Shown piece by piece: positions 19,094 to 26,973 of a stretch of DNA of 64,000 nucleotides. Origin of the DNA: an uncultured Candidatus Cloacimonadota bacterium. GTDB taxonomy: Bacteria; Cloacimonadota; Cloacimonadia; Cloacimonadales; CAYQPF01. Each line of letters begins with the position of its first letter. Within the stretch, counting starts at the first letter, position 1. The stretch is taken from assembly GCA_964419225.1 (NCBI GenBank), contig CAYQPF010000001.1, forward strand, positions 45,424 through 109,423. Direction: 5' to 3'. The position numbers were made by a program, and so were the translations under genes. The notes below the pieces were generated by a model. That model saw only the letters and a program-made list of their open reading frames with translations, did not search any database and had not been told where the DNA came from.

Positions 19094-20241
19094 TAGGGGA
19101 AGTTATGAAATGTTTACACAGTGGGAAATGTTTTTGTGGAGAATATTGTGCTAATAATCTAAGGAATAGACAAAGGAGTTTTGGAGGCTATTGTTATAGG
19201 CTAAAATATCGATCTTGGTATAGACATTTTTCATACTTTATACCTATTGCAAAATTAAGTGTAAAAGGAGAAAAATACAATCAAAAATACGATTATCTGA
19301 ATTCAAAATCATGTACTTGCATTTCAATTTATGATTTTATCAGAGCCACTCTTACATTGGGATCTTTAGATAGTTCCTCTTGTTATAAACGGAGTTTTCG
19401 ATTACATTCATTCAGATTAGGAGCGTGTTTATCAGCAATTTCATTACTAGAGTTTGATGGTAATCTTAAACTAAATAAGGATTATAATGAGTTAGACCTT
19501 TCTGAGAAAATATTTGTAAACTATTGGTATGGCATGATTTTTACTAAAATTGTAGCTGAACAAATATTTCTAGTACCTTGGTTAGGATTTGTAGATAATT
19601 GCCCTGTTAAAATTGAAAAAGATGATGAAGAAACAAAGTCAAGACCTGACTACGTTGGATTAGATATAAATAGTGGATGGCATGTTTTCGAAGCCAAAGG
19701 AACAAAAAATAAAACAAAAGACATGGAAAATAGAGCAATAACACAAGCTAAAATGATTAAAAAGATAGCTAATAAAAAACCTAAAACCAGTAATGCTTGC
19801 ATTGCTGAATTATCTGCATCAGGAGTGAAAATATATCTTTATGATCCTGTTCCAGACGATGATGAACATAATGGGAATAATGGTGACAATGTTGAAGGAG
19901 ATCACAAAGCTTTTCTAAAGGCATATTATCAGTCATTAATTTCATTTATTATAGAAAATGATAATGAACAAACTTCTTTTAAAGTTGGCGAATATTCTTT
20001 TATTGGACGTAAGTCAATATTACTTGGTAACGAGATAACAATAGCCTTACCTCAAGAAATAATTAAATATCCAGAAGCAGCAGACCGTTTTTGTAAGCAA
20101 TTGTTTGAAACAGATGAAGTCTCTTATGATTTGCCAACACAATATAGCAGTATTGGACTTGATGGGGTATTAGTGTTTTCTAAAAAGCCATTTGAGATAG
20201 TTCCCGAAGAAGTAAGCAAATTGTCAACAATCTTAAAGTGA
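19087..20241 (+). CDS. Hypothetical protein with PD-(D/E)xK-like nuclease signature, embedded in the Type I R-M operon
   Basis: The ATG overlaps the hsdS stop (ATGTTAA). Motif SRPDYVGLDINSGWHVFEAKGTKNK fits PD...ExK. The N-terminus is Cys-rich (CLHSGKCFCGEYC). No family recognised. Confidence 0.6.
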   Translation: MLIGEVMKCLHSGKCFCGEYCANNLRNRQRSFGGYCYRLKYRSWYRHFSYFIPIAKLSVKGEKYNQKYDYLNSKSCTCISIYDFIRATLTLGSLDSSSCYKRSFRLHSFRLGACLSAISLLEFDGNLKLNKDYNELDLSEKIFVNYWYGMIFTKIVAEQIFLVPWLGFVDNCPVKIEKDDEETKSRPDYVGLDINSGWHVFEAKGTKNKTKDMENRAITQAKMIKKIANKKPKTSNACIAELSASGVKIYLYDPVPDDDEHNGNNGDNVEGDHKAFLKAYYQSLISFIIENDNEQTSFKVGEYSFIGRKSILLGNEITIALPQEIIKYPEAADRFCKQLFETDEVSYDLPTQYSSIGLDGVLVFSKKPFEIVPEEVSKLSTILK

Positions 20242-20347
20242 CAAATTCAACAAACCTGTTGACAACAAATCTAAGAATTAGTTGTTTTATTTAAGAGAAA
20301 TAGTTTGAGATAGTTAGAGAGAAAAGCAAAAAAGGGATGAGCAAAGA

Positions 20348-21496
20348 ATGAGTACATTACCGTTGAACAGGGAGATACTTTTTTGGGGAATGGAGCGATC
20401 CGGGCTGAATGAAGAAGCATTGGAGGAGAAGTTTCCCAAGATAAGGAAATGGATAAGCGGAGCGACAGAGCCGACTTTCAAGCAATTGGAAGATTTGGCG
20501 AAGGCTGTGTTTATACCATTCGGCTATTTTTTTCTGTCTAAACCTCCGGCTGAGAAGTTACCCATTCCATTTTATCGTACTGTTAAAAGTGGTGAGAATA
20601 ATCAGATCAGTCCCAATCTTTTAGAGACAATTTATGCCATGCAGAGACGGCAAATCTGGCTACAGGAATACAAAATAGAGAATGAATATGAACCGTTGGA
20701 GTATGTAGCTTCTGCAGGGGAAAAAGAAAGTCCGGTGAAAGTAGCGGAAGAGATAAGAAAGGTGCTTGGACTGGAAGAGAACTGGACTTGCTCTTTACCC
20801 AATAAGGATGAAGCACTAAGACATTTCAGATATGTAATTGAAAATGCCGGAATAACAGTCATGGCAAATGGAATTGTGGAAAACAATACGCACAGAAGAT
20901 TGAGTGTGAAAGAGTTTCGGGGTTTTGTGTTGGTGGATAAATATGCACCCCTGATCTTTGTGAATAATTCCGACAGCAAGGCAGCCCAAATGTTTACGCT
21001 GGCACATGAACTGGCACATGTTTGGTTTGGGAGTAGCGGGGTATTTGATTTAAGGCAATTACAGCCTTCTGAGGATGTGAAAGAGATTGTGTGTAATCAG
21101 GTCGCAGCAGAATTGTTGATATCGACGAGATTGGTCAGGCATACCTGGGAAAAGACAGAGAATAAGAATGAGATTTACCGAGATATGGCAAAGAAGTTCA
21201 AGGTAAGCGAGATTGTGGTAGCGAGAAGATTGCAGGATTGTGGATTTATTACAAAGGAAGAGTTTTTGACATTTTATGATGAATACATAGAGAAACTGAA
21301 GAATATTACAAAAGTAAAACAAGGTGGAGGTGATTTTCTAAATAATCAGAATCTCCGCGTTAATAAGCAATTTATGAGTCTTGTTCTTCAGGCATTGGGT
21401 GAAGGGAAGATACAATACACAGAAGCATATCGGCTGACAGGTTTACACAGAAAATCTTTCGAGGATTTTGCGTTTAGAGTAACAGGGAAGCCCTGA
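20348..21496 (+). CDS. ImmA/IrrE-family zinc metallopeptidase (COG2856/DUF955) with N-terminal HTH-like domain
   Basis: N-terminus LNEEALEEKFPKIRKWISGATEPTFKQLEDLAKAVFIPFGYFFL. HExxH motif FTLAHELAHVWFG. Confidence 0.85.
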   Translation: MSTLPLNREILFWGMERSGLNEEALEEKFPKIRKWISGATEPTFKQLEDLAKAVFIPFGYFFLSKPPAEKLPIPFYRTVKSGENNQISPNLLETIYAMQRRQIWLQEYKIENEYEPLEYVASAGEKESPVKVAEEIRKVLGLEENWTCSLPNKDEALRHFRYVIENAGITVMANGIVENNTHRRLSVKEFRGFVLVDKYAPLIFVNNSDSKAAQMFTLAHELAHVWFGSSGVFDLRQLQPSEDVKEIVCNQVAAELLISTRLVRHTWEKTENKNEIYRDMAKKFKVSEIVVARRLQDCGFITKEEFLTFYDEYIEKLKNITKVKQGGGDFLNNQNLRVNKQFMSLVLQALGEGKIQYTEAYRLTGLHRKSFEDFAFRVTGKP

Positions 21497-21987
21497 TGAC
21501 AGATGAACCAGTCTTTGTTTTAGATGCGAATGTATTTATCGGAGCAAAGAATGGTTATTATGCATTTGATATAGTGCCGGCATTTTGGGAAAAACTGATT
21601 GAGTATGCCTCAGAAGGAAGAATTGCCAGTACAATTCAGGTATGGGAAGAGCTTACAATTGGAAGTGATGAGCTGGTAGAATGGGTTAAACACAACTTTA
21701 AGAATTATTTTTTACACACTGATAATATGTTCGTTATCGAAGCATATACGAAAATTATAAATTGGGTACAGAGTGAAAATTATTTAGATGCAGTAAAAGA
21801 GGATTTTGCCAAAATAGCAGATGGGTGGATAATCGCTTATGCAATGGCACATAATGGAATAGTGGTAACGCATGAAATGCCAAGTCTGAGCAAAAAGAAG
21901 ATACCGATGCCCAATATTTGTGAGGTATTTGGGGTGAAGTATGTGAATACATTTGAGATGATGCGAATGCTGGGAGTGAAGCTGTAA
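21496..21987 (+). CDS. DUF4411 family PIN-like protein (putative nuclease/toxin partner of ImmA/IrrE)
   Basis: The start overlaps the upstream stop (TGATG). N-terminus VFVLDANVFIGAKNGYYAFDIVPAFWEKL is typical of DUF4411. Confidence 0.8.
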   Translation: MTDEPVFVLDANVFIGAKNGYYAFDIVPAFWEKLIEYASEGRIASTIQVWEELTIGSDELVEWVKHNFKNYFLHTDNMFVIEAYTKIINWVQSENYLDAVKEDFAKIADGWIIAYAMAHNGIVVTHEMPSLSKKKIPMPNICEVFGVKYVNTFEMMRMLGVKL

Positions 21988-22007
21988 GTAAGGTTAGGTG
22001 TCAGGGC

Positions 22008-22142
22008 CCAATGTCATTAACTTAAGCTGGATAGACTGGCTTTGGCTCAACTTTCCACATGGAACGCTGGCTTTAGCCGGTAATTCTGTATGCTTTAGCT
22101 TACGGAAAAAACTATCATTTTCCCTTAAGTCAATGACATTGG
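22008..22142. mobile_element. MITE-like 135-bp insert with 19-bp terminal inverted repeats, sitting inside a CAGGTGT heptamer array
   Basis: Left arm ccaatgtcattaacttaag (22008-22026); right arm cttaagtcaatgacattgg (22124-22142), 18/19 complementary. It contains the 44-nt dispersed core also seen at 5634-5677. Confidence 0.4.
22060..22103 (-). repeat. 44-nt dispersed repeat core (inverted copy)
   Basis: The reverse complement equals gtaagctaaagcatacagaattaccggctaaagccagcgttcca, identical to 5634-5677. Confidence 0.85.
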
Positions 22143-22187
22143 TCAGGTGCCAGGTGTCGGGTGTCAGTGGAAGGAAGGAAAAGAGAG
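22141..22187 (+). repeat. CAGGTGT-type heptamer array
   Basis: ggtcaggtgccaggtgtcgggtgtcagtggaaggaaggaaaagagag. Confidence 0.8.
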
Positions 22188-22303
22188 TGCTTAACCACCA
22201 CGTCAGGATTAGATTCCAGCATTATTTTGTTGCCACCACTCCGCCGGAAAGGAATTAAGATGTGGGCAGATAATATTTTAGATGCTTAAAAGATAGAGGA
22301 CAA

Positions 22304-25261
22304 ATGAATTACAATGAGAAATGTTATGAAGAGGTTTTGGAAGAAACACTATTAGAGTCGGGATATATTAAGTCAGAGATTACAGAATATCACAAGGCAA
22401 GGGCATTATTTCCTGAGCAGATAATATCGTTTATACAGTCAACTCAACCAAAAGAGTGGGAATATTTGTATAATTTGCATAAAGAAAATACCGGAGCTGT
22501 GATTATTGAGGATTTAGGCAAGGCACTTAATTCTGAGTATGAGGGATGTCTATATGTGTTAAGGCATGGATTCAAGTGTTATGGAAAGACACTTAAGACT
22601 GCATATTTTGCTCCGGTTAGTAATCTGAATCCGGAAATACAAAGACTCTATGATGCTAACAGGCTGAGTATTACTCGTCAACTCATGTATTCGGAAAAAA
22701 ATAATAACAGTCTGGACATGGTTATCAGTCTGAATGGGATACCGATTATAACATTAGAGTTGAAGAATCCTTTAACAGGGCAGACCTGGCGGAATGCTAT
22801 TCATCAGTATAAGCATGACAGAGATCCGGGAGAGTTACTGTTCCAATTCAAGAAGAGAACACTTGCCCATTTTGCAGCAGATCCTGATGAAATATATATG
22901 ACAACGAGATTATCAGGAAAAGAAACACGCTTCTTACCATTTAACAAGGGATTGAATCAAGGAGCAGGTAATCCGCCTAACCCCAAGGGATACAAAACAG
23001 CATATCTTGCTGAAGAAATTTTACAAAAGGATAGTTTATTAGAAATAATTGCCCGGTTCTTACATTTACAAGTGGAAGAAAAAATGTTGGGTACACGTAA
23101 AATACGCAGAGAAAGTTTGATTTTTCCCAGATATCATCAGTTAGATTGTGTAAGAAGGATAATTACTGATGCCGGAAGTGAAGGAAGCGGGAAGAGTTAC
23201 TTAATACAACATTCGGCAGGAAGCGGGAAAAGCAATACAATTGCCTGGCTGGCACACAGACTGGCGAGTCTGCATAATGAGCAGGATAAGAGAGTTTTTG
23301 ATTCTGTTGTGGTAGTAACAGACAGACTGGTACTTGATCAACAGTTACAGGACACAATTTATCAGTTTGAGCACAAATATGGAGTTGTTTGTAAGATAAA
23401 TGAAGACTCGACACAGTTGGCAGAATGTTTGAAAAACGGGACTCCGATAATAATAACAACTTTACAGAAATTTCCTTATGTCACAGAAAAAGTGGGAGCT
23501 TTACCCCAAAGAAAATATGCAGTAATAATAGATGAGGCACACAGTTCACAGAGCGGAGAAAGAGCGACTGAGTTGAAAGGAGTATTAGGAGAAAATACGA
23601 ATAGAGAGGTTGAGGATTATGAAGACGTCATCAATCAGAATATGCAGAAGAGGGGACATCAGCCGAATATAAGTTTTTTTGCATTTACGGCAACACCTAA
23701 GTATAAGACACTGGAAGTTTTTGGAACAGCCCAAAAAGGAGAAACACCCGCAAGTTTTCACATTTACAGCATGAGACAGGCAATAGAAGAGGGCTTTATT
23801 CATGATGTATTAAAATACTACACAACTTACAAGACATATTTTGGCTTAATAAAATCAATTGAAGATGATCCGGAAGTAGATAAGCATAAAGCAGCCCGGG
23901 AATTGGCACGCTTCATGAGTATGCATCCTTATAATATATCACAAAAGACGGAAGTGATGATAGAGCATTTCCGCAGGCATACAAGGCATAAAATCGGCGG
24001 GAAAGCGAAGGCAATGGTGGTGACATCATCACGATTACATGCAGTCAGATACAAGCAATCCTTTGATGAATATCTACTGAGAAAAGGATATACAGATATA
24101 AGGACATTAGTTGCTTTTTCAGGAGAAGTAATTGATCCAGATGCTCCAGATTGTACCTATACAGAGCAGGGGATGAATCAGGGAGTCAGAGAAAAGGAAT
24201 TGCCGGAACGCTTTGGGTCGGATGAATATCAAATTCTGATAGTAGCTGAGAAATATCAAACCGGATTTGATCAGCCCTTGTTACACACAATGTATGTGGA
24301 TAAGCGGTTGGATGGAATACAAGCCGTACAAACATTATCCAGATTGAATCGCATACATTCAGGAAAAGAAGATACATTTGTTTTAGATTTTTATAATGAG
24401 AGTGATGGCATTGCAGAGGCATTCCAGCCATACTTTGAAACGACAAAGGTTGGCGAGAGAGTAGATGTTCACCAACTTTATGAAATAAAAATAAAGCTGG
24501 AAGCAGCACATGTTTTCTTTACAGAAGAAGTAGAAGAATTTGCACGGACATATTATAAACCTGTTAAGTATCACAACCCACAGGATCATGTTAAGTTAAA
24601 CCGTTGTCTTGATCCGGCAGTGGAAAGGTATTTGGGGTTGAGCGTGGAAGAACAGGATGAGTTTAAACGAAGTTTGACAGCATTTAGAAATCTTTACTCA
24701 TTCATTTCGCAGATAATACCATTTCAGGATTCTGATTTGGAGAAATTATATACTTATGTTCGCTTTCTAATAGCTAAACTACCTAAAGGTGCAAAAGGGA
24801 TTGTATATCATTTCGATGATGAAGTCGCTTTGAAATACTATAGATTGCAAAAGATAATGGAGGGATCTATAACACTTGAAACGGGAATTGGAGGAGAGGT
24901 TTCGGGGCCTTTGGAAGTAGGAACAGGTAAAGTCAAGGGCGAGTTAGTTGAATTATCAGAATTGATTAATATTTTGAATGAGAGATTTGGTACTAATTTT
25001 ACGACAGCAGATCAATTGTTTTTTGATTCTTTGAAGGAAGATGCTTTGGCTAATGACAAACTGCGTCAGGCAGCAGTTGTGAACACACTGGAGAATTTTG
25101 GAATAGTATTTCAAAAGCAATTGGAAGATATATTAATTAACCGGTTAGATCAGAATCAGACGATAGCACAGAAATTCTTTAATGAAGATGATTTTAAAAG
25201 AATAATAAGTCATACCTTGATGAAACAGGTGTATAAAGCAATCAATGAGGAGAAAGTCTGA
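22304..25261 (+). CDS. hsdR: Type I restriction enzyme, R subunit (nuclease + SF2 helicase/translocase)
   Basis: N-terminal PD-(D/E)xK (LDMVISLNGIPIITLELKN). Walker A QHSAGSGKSNT. DEAH box VIIDEAHSSQSG. Helicase C region QTGFDQP...QAVQTLSRLNR. Confidence 0.95.
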   Translation: MNYNEKCYEEVLEETLLESGYIKSEITEYHKARALFPEQIISFIQSTQPKEWEYLYNLHKENTGAVIIEDLGKALNSEYEGCLYVLRHGFKCYGKTLKTAYFAPVSNLNPEIQRLYDANRLSITRQLMYSEKNNNSLDMVISLNGIPIITLELKNPLTGQTWRNAIHQYKHDRDPGELLFQFKKRTLAHFAADPDEIYMTTRLSGKETRFLPFNKGLNQGAGNPPNPKGYKTAYLAEEILQKDSLLEIIARFLHLQVEEKMLGTRKIRRESLIFPRYHQLDCVRRIITDAGSEGSGKSYLIQHSAGSGKSNTIAWLAHRLASLHNEQDKRVFDSVVVVTDRLVLDQQLQDTIYQFEHKYGVVCKINEDSTQLAECLKNGTPIIITTLQKFPYVTEKVGALPQRKYAVIIDEAHSSQSGERATELKGVLGENTNREVEDYEDVINQNMQKRGHQPNISFFAFTATPKYKTLEVFGTAQKGETPASFHIYSMRQAIEEGFIHDVLKYYTTYKTYFGLIKSIEDDPEVDKHKAARELARFMSMHPYNISQKTEVMIEHFRRHTRHKIGGKAKAMVVTSSRLHAVRYKQSFDEYLLRKGYTDIRTLVAFSGEVIDPDAPDCTYTEQGMNQGVREKELPERFGSDEYQILIVAEKYQTGFDQPLLHTMYVDKRLDGIQAVQTLSRLNRIHSGKEDTFVLDFYNESDGIAEAFQPYFETTKVGERVDVHQLYEIKIKLEAAHVFFTEEVEEFARTYYKPVKYHNPQDHVKLNRCLDPAVERYLGLSVEEQDEFKRSLTAFRNLYSFISQIIPFQDSDLEKLYTYVRFLIAKLPKGAKGIVYHFDDEVALKYYRLQKIMEGSITLETGIGGEVSGPLEVGTGKVKGELVELSELINILNERFGTNFTTADQLFFDSLKEDALANDKLRQAAVVNTLENFGIVFQKQLEDILINRLDQNQTIAQKFFNEDDFKRIISHTLMKQVYKAINEEKV

Positions 25262-25270
25262 ACCAGCAAA

Positions 25271-25308
25271 GAGATGTTGATAGTTGATAGTTGAGAGTTG
25301 GGGGGAGG
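25271..25308 (+). repeat. GTTGATA-type heptamer array between hsdR and the orphan ORF
   Basis: gagatgttgatagttgatagttgagagttggggggagg. Its 3' end supplies the SD of the next ORF. Confidence 0.85.
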
Positions 25309-25312
25309 TGCC

Positions 25313-26437
25313 ATGAAGAATCCAGAATATTTAGAGAATGTGCGAAGTTTAAGAGAGAATTTAGAAAGATTAGATAAAGAAGCAATAAATGAATTAATCT
25401 TGCAGGGGACTAGTATAGATTTATGTGAATTTGATAGTCTGGATAAAGCAGAGCAAATTGAAAAGCTGGTATTGTATGTTTCAGATATTAAGACAGTGAA
25501 AAGGATACTTCTTTATTTACCTGAGAGTAGTATCTGTCTGATCAAAGAAGTGCTTTCCAATGCTGTGTATGATCCGAATATTTGTTCTGATGGAATTAAT
25601 AATTTAACTCAGTATTTCTTAGGTGTTCAGATAAGTAATAAGGATAAATGGAGAAAAGTGCGAGAAGGAACGGCATACGTTGAGGTTATGTATCTATATG
25701 ATGAAGTAAGACCGATACTTGAAGAAGTTGATTGGGAGGCTTTAGATCAGGAAAGAAGACAGATACAGCCTTTAATTGAGGTTATTCCAGCGATTCCCAA
25801 GTTTTATGGTTTGTTGGAAATGGAAAACATGATTATGATTTACCGGGCACAAAACGAGACATTGCTGACAGATGAGCAGATAACTGAGTATGTAACAGAA
25901 TATTATAATGAGTATTATCCAAGCTTTTACAGTGACTACATGGTGAGTGATGGCTTGATAATTGATAGATATATTTGCAGGTTTGAAGGTTATCTGGAAT
26001 TTTTGCAAAGGAATATTCAGGGAAAGCCAATGTATATACCAACGAAAGAAAATTTTACTAAAATATTGAATGATGAGTATTTTGAAGACATGCCTTTATT
26101 TATTCCTTTAGACAATTTTTTGTCCAGAAATTATGCCCATGAAAATGATATTTTACTACTGTTTTATGAGCCCTTTTTGGAAGAGGTAGAACTTTTTATG
26201 TATGACATCCTTGAACATTTCAATAAAGGAGGAGACTTGCAGGGAGCTCTACAGCTTATAAAGAAACAGGAATTGATGCCCAAAAAGCCTGAAGCAAGAA
26301 GAAAACTGAGTTTTTTATTGTTCAAGTTTTATTATACCACCAGATTTTGGTTTCATAGAGGGCATAGTCCCAGAGAGATGCAGAAAATAGAGGGAGTGAC
26401 TCATAGATATTTAGTGAAAAACAGGAAATATCAATAG
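25313..26437 (+). CDS. Hypothetical protein (374 aa) immediately downstream of hsdR
   Basis: ATG preceded by GGGGGGAGG. Long ORF on the same strand as hsdR, 51 nt after its stop. Rich in Tyr/Glu/Leu (YYNEYYPSFYSDYMV; RFWFHRGHSPREM). No motif recognised. Confidence 0.6.
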   Translation: MKNPEYLENVRSLRENLERLDKEAINELILQGTSIDLCEFDSLDKAEQIEKLVLYVSDIKTVKRILLYLPESSICLIKEVLSNAVYDPNICSDGINNLTQYFLGVQISNKDKWRKVREGTAYVEVMYLYDEVRPILEEVDWEALDQERRQIQPLIEVIPAIPKFYGLLEMENMIMIYRAQNETLLTDEQITEYVTEYYNEYYPSFYSDYMVSDGLIIDRYICRFEGYLEFLQRNIQGKPMYIPTKENFTKILNDEYFEDMPLFIPLDNFLSRNYAHENDILLLFYEPFLEEVELFMYDILEHFNKGGDLQGALQLIKKQELMPKKPEARRKLSFLLFKFYYTTRFWFHRGHSPREMQKIEGVTHRYLVKNRKYQ

Positions 26438-26460
26438 AGAGAAGAGCTGTTTAAATTATA

Positions 26461-26700
26461 GGGAAATTGATAGTTGATTTGTGAGAAAAAGCTTTTTGGG
26501 AATGGACTATATGGACTAAATGGACTGTATGGACAAAAGGGACTTTGGAAATAGGTGCGGTGGGCCAGTAGAAAAGGACTGAGCATTAAGGATTGAGAAA
26601 AAGGACGCTTAATAGAACGCAGACTTACACGGACTGACACAGACTAACACGGACAAGAGAGGATATCTGAAGCTATAGTATGGTGGAATTGAAAAAGAGA
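26461..26700 (+). repeat. Mosaic of short periodic repeat blocks (GTTGATA, ATGGACT x4, GGACGCTTAATAGAACGC, ACACGGACTG x3); GGA/GGAC-rich
   Basis: ggaatggactatatggactaaatggactgtatggacaaaagggactttggaa...aaggactgagcattaaggattgagaaaaaggacgcttaatagaacgcagacttacacggactgacacagactaacacggacaagagaggat. About 13 GGA triplets in roughly 165 nt. Confidence 0.85.
26603..26654 (+). repeat. GGACGYTTAATAGAACGC-family repeat
   Basis: ggacgcttaatagaacgcagacttacacggactgacacagactaacacggac. Confidence 0.75.
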
Positions 26701-26916
26701 AAAGATATATAAGCCACCGAAGTCCACCGAAAAGACCGCAAAAAGTGGAGTGTGAATTGAGAAAAGGTTTATTGGTAAGTTGGACATAAAGATGCTTAAG
26801 GGAAATTGGGTCAGCATTTTTGATAAAGATATTCAAATTTATCAGGTAGAGCAGATATTTTAACATTGGTGCGAGGGCAGATTCGGAGCGGGAGAAATAT
26901 TTTTTGTAGAAATAGG

Positions 26917-26945
26917 TTGACAAATAATTAATAAGCGAGTATAGT
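26917..26945 (+). promoter_or_regulatory. Sigma70-like promoter for the cmk operon
   Basis: TTGACA - 17 nt - TATAGT, about 30 nt upstream of the cmk ATG. Confidence 0.5.
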
Positions 26946-26973
26946 GGTTTCATCATAAATAGTAGTTGGTAAT

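Noticed and set aside
21998-22258. 86-aa ORF between DUF4411 and hsdR
   Set aside because: It spans the MITE-like insert and the CAGGTGT array, has a GTG start with no SD, and shows repeat-derived composition.
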